A program made the position numbers and the translations under genes. Shown piece after piece: positions 19,918-29,597 of a stretch of 49,973 nt of DNA. Each line of letters opens with the position of its first letter. The stretch's first letter is position 1. The stretch lies in sequence record DRR723986_6330. One strand, given 5' to 3'. The notes beneath the pieces are model-generated. The model ran no database searches, was not told the DNA's origin, and saw nothing but the letters and a program-made list of their open reading frames with translations.

Positions 19918-20844
19918 TTATTTCACCCATCCGTTATGTCGCATCCAGTCTGCACAGCGATCGGGCCAGGTGACAGCATCGGTATCCGCATCACGCAGGC
20001 CATATCCGTGTCCGCCATCAGGGTACAAATGCACCTCGGCGGGAACATTGCTGCGTTTGAGGGCAATTCCCATTCGGAGGATGTTCTCTGGACCAACGCG
20101 ATCATCGAAAGCCATCGTCAGAAACATCGGCGGAGTTTTTTCGTCGACAGCTATCTCAGGAACAAGCAACTGTTCAGCAGGCGCCTTAGGATCATACAAA
20201 TAGGCTGGATAAACCAATACTGTAAAATCGGGACGACAACTCAGCTTGTCGGCGTCATCAATCTTGTCATAGGCTCGGCTGGCGTAATTGGTGCTCACTC
20301 GAGCGGCCAAATTGCCACCAGCGGAAAAGCCTAGAACACCGATACGATCCGATTTAATCCCCCACTTATCAGCATTCCGTCGGACGAGGCCCATGGCGCG
20401 TTGAACGTCTTGTAAAGGTTCAACAGGCAGTTTGCCAGCCCCTTCGGCGCGGGGAACACGATACTTCAGCAGAATGCCAGTGACGCCGATCGATTGCAGC
20501 CACTCGCAGACCTCGCTACCTTCCAAGTCGTAAGCCAAAATGTTGTACCCGCCACCAGGGCAGACGACGACGGCCGTTCCGGTTGCGGATTCCTTCGGAG
20601 CTTGGAAAACGGTCAGCATCGGTTCGGACACATTGCCAAGCCGGATGACTCGTCGCCCGGACACTTCGCGACCATCTTCGCCGGTCGTATCAAGCTCCGG
20701 TCCTTTGGCTCCAGACTTGCCAGGGGCTTTGCCGGGCCAGAGCTTGAGCTTTGTTGCCTGAGCTGTGGCGATGCTTCCGCTAAAACAGAATAAGATGCCA
20801 GCGAGCGCCAGAACTTTGGGATTGAAAACGACTGGAAGCTTCAT
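19918..20844 (-). CDS. exported alpha/beta hydrolase (acetyl esterase-like)
   Basis: Signal peptide, CPGGGY, GFSAGG, RPDF and GGHGYG. Confidence 0.88.
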   Translation of the reverse strand: MKLPVVFNPKVLALAGILFCFSGSIATAQATKLKLWPGKAPGKSGAKGPELDTTGEDGREVSGRRVIRLGNVSEPMLTVFQAPKESATGTAVVVCPGGGYNILAYDLEGSEVCEWLQSIGVTGILLKYRVPRAEGAGKLPVEPLQDVQRAMGLVRRNADKWGIKSDRIGVLGFSAGGNLAARVSTNYASRAYDKIDDADKLSCRPDFTVLVYPAYLYDPKAPAEQLLVPEIAVDEKTPPMFLTMAFDDRVGPENILRMGIALKRSNVPAEVHLYPDGGHGYGLRDADTDAVTWPDRCADWMRHNGWVK

Positions 20845-21063
20845 CTTTCAAGATTCTCCAACTTGATTCGCTCGGTGCGGGGGCATTCTGGCGACACGCG
20901 AAATTAATTCGCTGCAGTCGCTGGTGAAAAAAGAAGTCGCGACGGCGATCGCCAATCACGCATCATAGCAGCATTTGGTGCCGCTTGAGCGGGCCTCGCT
21001 AGCAATTTGCGGGATCAGGTAAGACGTAAACCAGCGAGTTGGTTGAACCGAAAGCTAGCAACT

Positions 21064-21191
21064 GTAGGGTGGGTGCAACCCAACGAACGCGGGCGAGATT
21101 TTCTGGTTGGTCGGTTTCACGCATCCAACCTTGCCCGTCAAGAATAGCAGTATCATGCGTTGCGTTTGTTGGTGGGTTTCACCCACCCTAC
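21064..21191. repeat. cluster of three GTAG-type REP elements (REPIN/BIME-like)
   Basis: GTAGGGTGGGTGCAACCCAAC at 21064 on plus. Inverted copies at 21106-21129 (degenerate) and 21168-21191, identical at 20 of 24 positions to each other. Confidence 0.75.
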
Positions 21192-21462
21192 TGGAATGCA
21201 TCAAGAATCGTCGCCCCTGTCGGTGGCGTCGGCCCTCCAGGCCAGGGTGCATTGCAGCAGTGGAAACCGCAAGCCGGCGCTAGGCGGCTGATGTGGAACT
21301 GCAAGCTGGCGTTGGGCGGCTGATGGCTAAGGGACGCGTTATTCTGCGCGAATGGATTCGGCATGAACGGATCACGCTGGCTTAGGAGACAAACCGTTAC
21401 GATTGAAACCGACCGTGGGCGTTGTTCCAACAAGCGGCTCAATTGGTACCTACTTCAACGTA

Positions 21463-22770
21463 TCAGCCGAGCTTCCAATTGTCGGGCAAGCTTGCGTCTT
21501 TGAGCATAATTGGGATGCCATCACGGATCAAACAAGGGTCAAACTCATCCGACTCCTCAACGCCCGCCTTCGGACGAATCACAACGTTTTCACCCACTCG
21601 GCAATTCTTGTCCAAAATGGCGCCTTCGATGACGGAACCGGATCCAATACCAACCGGTACGGAGCCGCTACTGACGCACTGCTCCACGGCTTCGTCGGTG
21701 TCGAAGAAGTCCGCTCCCATGATGATGGAGTCCTTGATGGTAACGCCCTCACCAATCAAGCATCGCAGGCCGATAATGCTGTTCTGGATGGTCGTGCCGC
21801 TACCGATGCGGCAACCGTCGGCGATCAAGCTGCCTTCGATGTTCGCGCCTTCAACGATTGCGGGCGGCAAAAATCTGGGCCGCGAGTAAACGGGTGCTTG
21901 CGGGCAGACCAGGTCGAACGGTGGGTTCGCCTGAGCCAATTGTAGGTTGGCATCGTAGAAAGCTCGAATCGTTCCGATGTCTTCCCAGTAGTCATCAAAC
22001 AGGTGCACTTGGACGTTCTTGCTGCGAATTGCAGCCGGAAAGACCTCTTTGCCGAAGTCTTGATAGTCTGTCTTCTGGAGTACTTCCAGGAGCAGTTCTT
22101 TGTTGAAAATGTAAAGCCCCATGCTGGCCAGGCAATCGCGGCCCTTTGACTCGACGCCCTTGGAATCAATCCATTTCGGATCCATTCGTACCAACTCGAT
22201 CTCTTCGTCGGTCTTGGGTTTCTCTAAGAATCCAGTCACGCGGCCGTCTTCGCCGCAGCGCATGATTCCAAGTGCATGGGCATCTTTGCGATCGACTGGA
22301 ATCGCAGCAATGGTTGCGTCGGCACCATTTTCAATGTGCGTTCGCAGCATGGCAGCGTAGTCCATGCGGTACAGTTGGTCGCCGGACAGAATCAGGATAT
22401 ACTCAACGCCATCTTGCTCCAGATTCACCAAGTTCTTACGAACGGCGTCGGCGGTTCCCTCATACCAGTCGGTTCCGCCCTCCATGGTTTGCTGTGCAGC
22501 AAGTAGTTCGACGAAACCACCTGAGAAGTGATCGAAGCGGTAGGTTTGCCGTATATGTCGGTGAAGTGAATTCGACAGAAACTGAGTGAGTACGAAGATC
22601 TGGTTGATGTTGCTGTTGATGCAATTCGATATCGGAATGTCGATCAAGCGGTACTTTGCTGCCAACGGTACAGATGGCTTCGCTCGGATTTTCGTAAGCG
22701 GATAGAGTCGAGTTCCTCGACCGCCACCTAGGATGAGTGCTAGGACTGAGCGAGGGTTTACGTCCATCAT
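21463..22770 (-). CDS. glgC: glucose-1-phosphate adenylyltransferase
   Basis: ILGGGRGTRLYPLT, RAKPSVP, GTADAV, LSGDQLY, EKP, SMG, DFG and YWEDIGT. Start moved to ATG 22770. Confidence 0.95.
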   Translation of the reverse strand: MMDVNPRSVLALILGGGRGTRLYPLTKIRAKPSVPLAAKYRLIDIPISNCINSNINQIFVLTQFLSNSLHRHIRQTYRFDHFSGGFVELLAAQQTMEGGTDWYEGTADAVRKNLVNLEQDGVEYILILSGDQLYRMDYAAMLRTHIENGADATIAAIPVDRKDAHALGIMRCGEDGRVTGFLEKPKTDEEIELVRMDPKWIDSKGVESKGRDCLASMGLYIFNKELLLEVLQKTDYQDFGKEVFPAAIRSKNVQVHLFDDYWEDIGTIRAFYDANLQLAQANPPFDLVCPQAPVYSRPRFLPPAIVEGANIEGSLIADGCRIGSGTTIQNSIIGLRCLIGEGVTIKDSIIMGADFFDTDEAVEQCVSSGSVPVGIGSGSVIEGAILDKNCRVGENVVIRPKAGVEESDEFDPCLIRDGIPIMLKDASLPDNWKLG

Positions 22771-23259
22771 TTGAGCAGTACCTTCTTCTGAAGTCGATTC
22801 TTTTGACGCTGCGCAGGATAACGCGCGGCCGCGCCGATTAACAGGTCCGGTGACTGCAATCGGGGGGATAGGCCGTCGTGAAGGCCATCTGGGTCGTACG
22901 ATCGACAAACTCAAGCTGGCCTTCTGACTGGCCCTGCAATCCCTCCCGCTCAGCAGGTCATCCCATCTTCCAGGCCAAGCCGGCGGGCCCATTTCGGTGG
23001 CTGAAGGCGAGTTGGCTTTGGGCTGCCTGTGAGCGCACAGCGGCTGGACGGGAAGCTTGGCTCGCGGGCATGACAGTCGCTCTGGCCGCTTTGCATCGCA
23101 AGTTCCTACGGCGAGCGGTTTAGGTGCGTTGCTCAGGAGCCAATAGCCTGCGATAACATATGTCGGGTAGGCAAAATTTGCCGCTTCGGAATACTGCGCC
23201 CGGTTGCCAATCCTGCCCAGGAAATAAACGTGATCCCCGGAATTTTGGAGTTAGTTCAT

Positions 23260-25545
23260 ATGGTCTCGCCTGTACGCCGACGCCACTTCGGATTGAGATG
23301 CTTAAAGATCGTTGGAGTCGTTATTGCCGCCGCACTGTTCGCCAACATGATGGGAGAGAGCACATTGGCCGAAGGGAATCGTCTGACGCCGGAAAAACTC
23401 TGGGATTTGCGACGTATTGGTGGCAGTGCGGTGTCTCCCGACGGCAAGTTGCTGGCTTACATCGTCACCGACTATGACTTGAAGGAGAATTCCGGCAAGG
23501 GAACCCTCTACGTCCAACCGCTCAATGCAACTCCGACCGGTGAAAATACTGCCGCTGCTTTTGAAACCCCACTTGCCACCACCGATGCGACCGTTGTTCT
23601 TGACGGTGTCAGCGGACTTGGGGCACTCGCTTGGTTGAATCACTCGACCGGTCCGAAGCTGCTCTATTCTGCACCTGGAACGCCCGCAGACTGTGAAGAC
23701 ACTAGCGAAAAGGCCGCTGCGAGTGAAGCAGGCAACGGCGACAGTGGAGACGCGCCGGATGCCAAAGCCGACGAGGACGACAAAGTGCCTCAAGCGTGGC
23801 TCCTCGGCTTGACCGATGACCTGAAAATTGACGGCGAGCCCGTTCAACTAACAAGCGTTTGCGACGGAATCAGCAACCTCATTCCTTCACCTTCGGGTGA
23901 CGCGATTGCATTCACCGTCGATGTCAAGCTGGATGATACCGTCAACGAGATCTACGAAGATCTTCCCAAAGCTGACGCGCGGATCATCGACTCACTGCTC
24001 TATCGCCACTGGAATCAGTGGCACGACTACAAGTACTCGCACCTGCATGTTGCCCAAGTTACCGACGAAGGCAAAGTCGGCACAATCGTCGACTTGATGG
24101 AGGGCATGAAGGCGGATTGCCCTGTCCCTCCATTCGGCGGCAGCGAGCAATTTACGTTCTCACCAGACGGCAAGGAGATCGCACTGACGCTGAAGCTGGT
24201 CGACAATCCTGCCGAGAGTACAGACACCAACGTCTACCTGGTCGACCTCTCCGGCGATTGGTCGAACCTCAACGTTGACATGAAGCTGATTTCGCCCAAC
24301 ATGCCTGGCTACGACATGGAACCGCGTTATTCGCCCGACGGTGATGTGGTTGCGTTTCACTCGATGGAACGAGCCAGCTTTGAATCCGACCGCAACAGAA
24401 TCATGCTCTACGATCGCGAGCTTGGAACGTTGCAAGAGGTAACCAGCGGCTTAGATCAAACTGCCCACAACGCAACGTTTAGCCCCGACGGGGAGACGAT
24501 CTACTTTTACTCTGAAACTCGCGGAACGACGCAGGTCTACTCCATCGGAGTTGAGGATTCAAAGCTGACGCAGATCTCTGAAGGACGCTTCGATTTCTCT
24601 GTCGTTGCGGCGATCCCCGGTTCCTCGAGTGTTCTCGTGCGTCAACAATCCATGCTTCGGCCAACGGAACTGGCCGTCGTCGACCCAACCAGCGACACGC
24701 CCGTGACCACAATTACGGACGTGAACGGTGAGATGTACCAGGGGCTTGAGCTTCCCAAGGTTGAGGAACGATTCTTTACTGCCACGGACGGAAAGCCCAT
24801 TCACAATTGGGTGATCCTACCGCCGGACTACGATGCCGAATCGGACAAAAAATGGCCCATGTTGACTTACTGCCAAGGTGGGCCACAGGGGCAGATTGGA
24901 CAATGGTTTTCGTACCGCTGGAATTTCCACCTCATGGCCTCGCGCGGCTACGTCGTGTGCGCTGTCAATCGACGCGGTCTGCCAGGTTTTGGCCGTGAGT
25001 GGAACGACCAGATCAGTGGCGATTGGGGTGGACAGGCGATGAAGGATATCTTGTCCAGCACCGACGGGATGCTGGAGGACAAGACGATTGATCCAAAACG
25101 CGTCGCAGCAATCGGAGCCAGCTTCGGCGGCTACACCGTTTATTGGCTGATGGGCAACGGTGGCGACCGCTTCTGCAGCATGATTGCCCACTGCGGTGTA
25201 TACAACTTGGAATCGATGTACGGTTCGACCGAAGAACTATTCTTCGTCAATTGGGACCTCGGTGGCCCTTACTGGAGCAGCGACGCGGTTGCGAAGAAGT
25301 ATCGCGAGTTCTCGCCTCACCGCTTTGCCGCCAATTGGAAGACGCCCCTATTGGTAATCCACGGTGAAAAAGACTTCAGAGTGCCCGTGACGCAAGGAAT
25401 GGAAGCATTCACAGCGGCTCAGGTGCAGGGAGTTCCTAGTCGCTTCCTGTACTTCCCCGAAGAGGGGCACTGGGTGATGTCGCCGCAAAACGGAGTTGTT
25501 TGGGGCCGCGTCTTTTTCGACTGGCTCGACACCTACTGCAAGTAG
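23260..25545 (+). CDS. S9 family serine peptidase (dipeptidyl-peptidase V-like), exported
   Basis: Signal-like N-terminus, SPDG propeller repeats, GGPQG, GASFGG, DFRVP and EEGH. Start uncertain. Confidence 0.92.
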   Translation: MVSPVRRRHFGLRCLKIVGVVIAAALFANMMGESTLAEGNRLTPEKLWDLRRIGGSAVSPDGKLLAYIVTDYDLKENSGKGTLYVQPLNATPTGENTAAAFETPLATTDATVVLDGVSGLGALAWLNHSTGPKLLYSAPGTPADCEDTSEKAAASEAGNGDSGDAPDAKADEDDKVPQAWLLGLTDDLKIDGEPVQLTSVCDGISNLIPSPSGDAIAFTVDVKLDDTVNEIYEDLPKADARIIDSLLYRHWNQWHDYKYSHLHVAQVTDEGKVGTIVDLMEGMKADCPVPPFGGSEQFTFSPDGKEIALTLKLVDNPAESTDTNVYLVDLSGDWSNLNVDMKLISPNMPGYDMEPRYSPDGDVVAFHSMERASFESDRNRIMLYDRELGTLQEVTSGLDQTAHNATFSPDGETIYFYSETRGTTQVYSIGVEDSKLTQISEGRFDFSVVAAIPGSSSVLVRQQSMLRPTELAVVDPTSDTPVTTITDVNGEMYQGLELPKVEERFFTATDGKPIHNWVILPPDYDAESDKKWPMLTYCQGGPQGQIGQWFSYRWNFHLMASRGYVVCAVNRRGLPGFGREWNDQISGDWGGQAMKDILSSTDGMLEDKTIDPKRVAAIGASFGGYTVYWLMGNGGDRFCSMIAHCGVYNLESMYGSTEELFFVNWDLGGPYWSSDAVAKKYREFSPHRFAANWKTPLLVIHGEKDFRVPVTQGMEAFTAAQVQGVPSRFLYFPEEGHWVMSPQNGVVWGRVFFDWLDTYCK

Positions 25546-25577
25546 GCTCCGCACCGCGAATGTCCCGGTGTATAGAA

Positions 25578-25629
25578 TCACGCGAAACGGGGCGGGCTGC
25601 TAGCTCGCCCACGTTTCGGACTTGCGTGA
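25578..25629. terminator. strong hairpin after the S9 peptidase (possible terminator or stabiliser)
   Basis: CGAAACG-GGGCGGGC...GCTCGCCC-A-CGTTTCG. No clear U-tract. Confidence 0.4.
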
Positions 25630-25740
25630 GTTATGTTGAACGAGCAATGGATGCACCGCCTGGGACAACCGTGGCGAAAAGTTGATTCATGATGCCAAGT
25701 GCCTGCCCGAGCGGTTGGCGGCCGTGGTCTGGAGAAAACG

Positions 25741-26088
25741 ATGACACGCGAACAACCAAGTAAGTCGGCTCGCATCCAAGAGTATTTGCGTGCCAATCCG
25801 GGCGCTCGAAATCGCGATTGCGTGCAGGCGCTCAGTGAATTTGGTGTAACCGCGGCCGACGTGTCCAACGCCAAAGCACAGCTTAAGCGTCGAAACTCGC
25901 GGCGTCGCAGTCAAGCTGTCGCCGCTGTGGCTGCCGGCATCGCTCCCGTCGCCGGAGCAGAAGATAGTTCGCATTCGATAACTTTGGCCGAGATCGAGCA
26001 CGCCATCGACTACATTCAAAATGTTGGCGACATCACGCGTGCCCAACAGTTGCTGGCCATCGTGCAGCAGATCCGCGAACTGGCGTAG
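25741..26088 (+). CDS. small planctomycete-type helical protein, possibly DNA-binding
   Basis: GGAG SD before ATG 25741. SKSARIQEYLRANP N-terminal domain, basic linker KRRNSRRRS and a C-terminal helical hairpin. Confidence 0.75.
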   Translation: MTREQPSKSARIQEYLRANPGARNRDCVQALSEFGVTAADVSNAKAQLKRRNSRRRSQAVAAVAAGIAPVAGAEDSSHSITLAEIEHAIDYIQNVGDITRAQQLLAIVQQIRELA

Positions 26089-26135
26089 TTCCACGTAGGC
26101 TGTAGCTCAAGACTGTCGCACTGGCCATTCGTCGA

Positions 26136-27743
26136 TCACTTTGCGAACCGCTGAAGATACTGCTTCAGTTTGACTTTCTTGGCAGTGTTCTCGCTGGTCA
26201 TGTAGCGGATCTTTCCAAAAATCGGCCGTTCTGGCCCCCAGGCACGATCGTAACGTCCAAGCACCCAGAAAATGCCGCTGTAGGAATTAGGGTCGCGACC
26301 GTCGAGAGCGTACTTGTTGTTTAGATGCACCATGATGTCCAGTGCATCTTGGACAGACTTTGTCCAATGCAAGATCTTCTTTCCCCACAGCATTCGCAGG
26401 TAGTTGTGAATTCGGCCTTCACGTACAAGTTGTCGCTGGGCTGCATTCCAGATTGGGTCGTGCGTCTCGGCCAGCTCAAATTCGTCGAGTGAGTAGACGT
26501 ATTCCCGCGGGTCACTTTCATGTTCAGCGATTGTTTTTTGAGTCCAATCTGGCAGACTGGAGAGTCTATCGTAGGTCGGTTCCCTGCGTGACATGTTGAA
26601 ACCGATCTCGCGCCAGGAACACAACTGATCAAGAAACGCTTCGGCATTCTCACTCACACCCCAGAACCCGTTGACCTTTGCATTGGGCTTCTGCAGTTTG
26701 CCTGGATTCCAGCTCTCGGCCTCCATCAACTCCGCAAAGACCTGGTGGCAGGAGATGTGTCCAAAATGCAAATGAGGCGAAAGCTCGCTCGCCCCCAGTT
26801 CATCGGGTTGATTACGATCGTCATTGTAATTTTGCAAACGCGAATCGACGAATTGCTCCAAGAGAGAATCAGCCGCCTCATAGCCGCCCTGAATCACGCC
26901 CGGACCGACATTTTGGTCGATTGGAAGATCTTCGATTCCGCCATCATCCAAGAGCCCTTCGACGTCAGCCGCTGGCCACCGCTGGAGTATGTTGGTCTCA
27001 GCAAGTAAGTCTTCCGCCAATGCGATTGGATTGCTCTTCTTGCTCACCGCCGCTTTGCCGAGCGATTTGTTGGGCAGCGCTGCCACTGGATCTTGATCTG
27101 GAAAATCATCTAAGTGCGTCGGTAGCGTTTTTTGCATGTAGCGGCGGTACGAGTGCGCCACGGTGAATGTTCGATCGGGGATGTCGAGCGGCATGAGGCA
27201 GTTGGAATCAACGGCAAATAGCGGCGAGGTTAGCCTTCGGGCCGCCAATCGCATCATGGCGGGATGGAAAAAGCATGGGTAATCATCGGTGACGACCGCG
27301 ACGGCATTTTCGGCAAGGGCTTCAATCAACCCAGCTCCTGCGCCCTGCTCTTTTTCGACGTAGGGAAGATAGGCGACACGCCGCTGCTTGAACGCACGCT
27401 GATTGTCACGCATGCCTTCAATAACAAATCGGTGCATTCTATTGCTGGCCCATTTGTAACCTACACGCAGCGGTTCAAAAACGAGCAACGGGACGGAGGC
27501 AGCCACCGCAATGTCGCAAGCATACTGCAAAGAGAAATTAAAATACGGTCGACGAAATGCCGTCATCCAATAGACGACGCAACCCGCCTCCTGCATCGTC
27601 TCTAGGCGGTCTTCAAGCCAGTCTGTAGTCTTGACGCCGTCAGCCGTTTCGTCCTCCGCTGGCCCTTCATTGGCTGGTGCGGATACACGCGCGTTCAGGT
27701 GGCGGATGCGGACTTGCGGGATCTGCGTAGTTAATTCGGGCAT
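26136..27743 (-). CDS. deoxyribodipyrimidine photolyase (class II-like)
   Basis: VYWM, LSPHLHFGHIS, NYLRMLWGKK, YALDGRDPNSY and RPIFGKIRYM. Confidence 0.9.
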   Translation of the reverse strand: MPELTTQIPQVRIRHLNARVSAPANEGPAEDETADGVKTTDWLEDRLETMQEAGCVVYWMTAFRRPYFNFSLQYACDIAVAASVPLLVFEPLRVGYKWASNRMHRFVIEGMRDNQRAFKQRRVAYLPYVEKEQGAGAGLIEALAENAVAVVTDDYPCFFHPAMMRLAARRLTSPLFAVDSNCLMPLDIPDRTFTVAHSYRRYMQKTLPTHLDDFPDQDPVAALPNKSLGKAAVSKKSNPIALAEDLLAETNILQRWPAADVEGLLDDGGIEDLPIDQNVGPGVIQGGYEAADSLLEQFVDSRLQNYNDDRNQPDELGASELSPHLHFGHISCHQVFAELMEAESWNPGKLQKPNAKVNGFWGVSENAEAFLDQLCSWREIGFNMSRREPTYDRLSSLPDWTQKTIAEHESDPREYVYSLDEFELAETHDPIWNAAQRQLVREGRIHNYLRMLWGKKILHWTKSVQDALDIMVHLNNKYALDGRDPNSYSGIFWVLGRYDRAWGPERPIFGKIRYMTSENTAKKVKLKQYLQRFAK

Positions 27744-28190
27744 GTACTAAACAGTCTTCTTTTAATGGGCCGCGTTTCGCCTTGAACACTCGAAGTTGAC
27801 CGCAAGGTTTTCCACGACGCGTGAAGTACGCATCTTTCGCCAAGTGAAGCGTTTCAAAGTACAGGGCTTAGAGCGTAAGGCTTGAAAGCAAAGTCAAAGG
27901 CTTCAAAGTGAGGTGCCTTTGATGAATCGATGCCCATGCACGATCCGTCGAGCCGCTGCTATACTCTTGCTCCGAAGCGAAGTCACTGCCGGCAGCGACT
28001 TCGCGCCGTGACCAGTCAACATTTTCCGCCTGAAATGTGGCGGCAACTAGCAATTATCCGGTGGAAGCAAGCGGTTCCCCAGGCATCGCAGCCACAGGCT
28101 ACCGGAAACGACCACTCGTCGCTTCGAATATTTGACGCTTTCAATCGCCAATTCACAAATCCACTTTTCATCGCCCGCCATCGTCATCAA

Positions 28191-29597
28191 ATGCCGCAGA
28201 GACCTCGACGCCCCCGCATCAATTGGCCTTACCGCATCACTTGGCTGGTGATCGTCCTTGCGTTGTTGGCTTACCTAGGCATCAAGATCCTGGCTGCTTC
28301 GCAGACGTTCGCCGATCGGAAGCTTGGCCCAGACTGGGGACTCGCGGCCGTTTCGGCTTTGCTCGATACCACCGTTGCAGTCTGGTTCATCGCGTTCGGA
28401 GCCTGCATTGGAAGCTTTCTCAATGTGGTCGCGTATCGACTGCCGCTCGGGCGAGGTATCGGTGGCTCGTCCAGTTGCCCCTATTGCAGAACTCCGATCG
28501 ATAGCACCGACAATGTGCCCATTCTGGGGTGGATCGGTGTGCGAGGGCGTTGCCGCGAGTGTCGACTTCCGATTTCGATTCAGTATCCGTTGGTCGAGTT
28601 TCTCGTCGCGGCAGTCTTTTTCTTTGTCTACTTAACCGAGTTCGTTTCCGGCGGGCGCAATCTGCCGGGTGAGCAGTTTGGTGCCGTCCGAAGCGACCTG
28701 TTGCACATCATGGTGACGAGCACAACGATGCTGCGTGTCGTCGCGTATCTATTGGCCGTCTGTGGACTGATCGCAGCGGCGCTGATTGCGACGAAGCGAC
28801 GTCGCGTGCCGCTCAGCCTGTATGCCTGGTCGTTGCTTCCAACGGTGCTCTTCGCGATCTTAGATCCCGAGTTGCTGCCAGTGAGTTGGAATCCTACCTT
28901 CGTTGACTTCACGCCTCGGCTGCAGTCGATTGCTACGCTTCTTTGTGGCACCGTAGCTGGTTTGGGAGCCGGTCGCGCGGTCGCCCATATCGTTTATCCC
29001 GGCTTTGATCCGTCCTTGCTTGCGTCGGATTCTGCGACGCGCGGCTGTCGTCAATTCCTTGGAGCGATGGCTACCGTTGGCTGTGTGCTTGGGTGGCAAG
29101 CTAGTGTGGCAGCCGCCACCGCAGCGTGCCTTTTCGGCATCTTGGCAATGATCACACTGCGACGGAGATTCCCGGTCGAACTAGGTGATTTGACTGTCTG
29201 GCTATGGCTGGGTTTGATTATCACCCGGGCCGCTTGGTCCACACTGGTGCGGCTTGGTGTTGTTTCCGCGGAAGTCCCAACGATTGGTTGGGCAATTGCC
29301 GGCGCCTTAGTTTTCGTCGCCAGTGCGTTCTTGTTCCGATTGGTTCGCAACACAATTGCGGAACCTGAAAACACACCTGAAGCTGGTACGTTCCCCGGCG
29401 GCGTGAGCGACAATTCTCCCGACGACGACTCTGATGAACTGGATGAAGATGCCGAAGCGGGTCTGCAACAAGAAGTCGCGCAGGTCGAGGAGTCAGGTGA
29501 AGATGATCGTTCAGAGCAAACGCCCGTAGATCAGGCACGGGATAATTCGCTAGGCGATCCAAAATTAGATGAGCGGAAACTAGACGAGCGGAATTAG
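28191..29597 (+). CDS. prepilin peptidase (A24)-like membrane protein, possibly catalytically inactive
   Basis: GSFLNVVAYRLP, CPYC...CREC zinc motif, DNVPILGW, ISIQYPLVE and LGWQ. Acidic C-terminal tail. Start moved to ATG 28191. Confidence 0.8.
   Translation: MPQRPRRPRINWPYRITWLVIVLALLAYLGIKILAASQTFADRKLGPDWGLAAVSALLDTTVAVWFIAFGACIGSFLNVVAYRLPLGRGIGGSSSCPYCRTPIDSTDNVPILGWIGVRGRCRECRLPISIQYPLVEFLVAAVFFFVYLTEFVSGGRNLPGEQFGAVRSDLLHIMVTSTTMLRVVAYLLAVCGLIAAALIATKRRRVPLSLYAWSLLPTVLFAILDPELLPVSWNPTFVDFTPRLQSIATLLCGTVAGLGAGRAVAHIVYPGFDPSLLASDSATRGCRQFLGAMATVGCVLGWQASVAAATAACLFGILAMITLRRRFPVELGDLTVWLWLGLIITRAAWSTLVRLGVVSAEVPTIGWAIAGALVFVASAFLFRLVRNTIAEPENTPEAGTFPGGVSDNSPDDDSDELDEDAEAGLQQEVAQVEESGEDDRSEQTPVDQARDNSLGDPKLDERKLDERN

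Noticed and set aside
21064-21191. Possible mini-CRISPR
   Set aside because: Repeats are in mixed orientation with irregular spacing, and no cas genes are present. REP fits better.
22771-22992. N-terminal extension of the glgC ORF
   Set aside because: GlgC similarity and an SD-like GAAGG point to ATG 22770.
27850-27922. Repeated TCAAAG motifs and a TCAAAGGC/GCCTTTGA inverted repeat upstream of the photolyase
   Set aside because: Could be an operator, but it is too short to distinguish from chance without orthologous promoters.
27930-28190. N-terminal extension of the prepilin peptidase-like ORF
   Set aside because: Composition does not look protein-like, and a more plausible start lies before the first TM segment.
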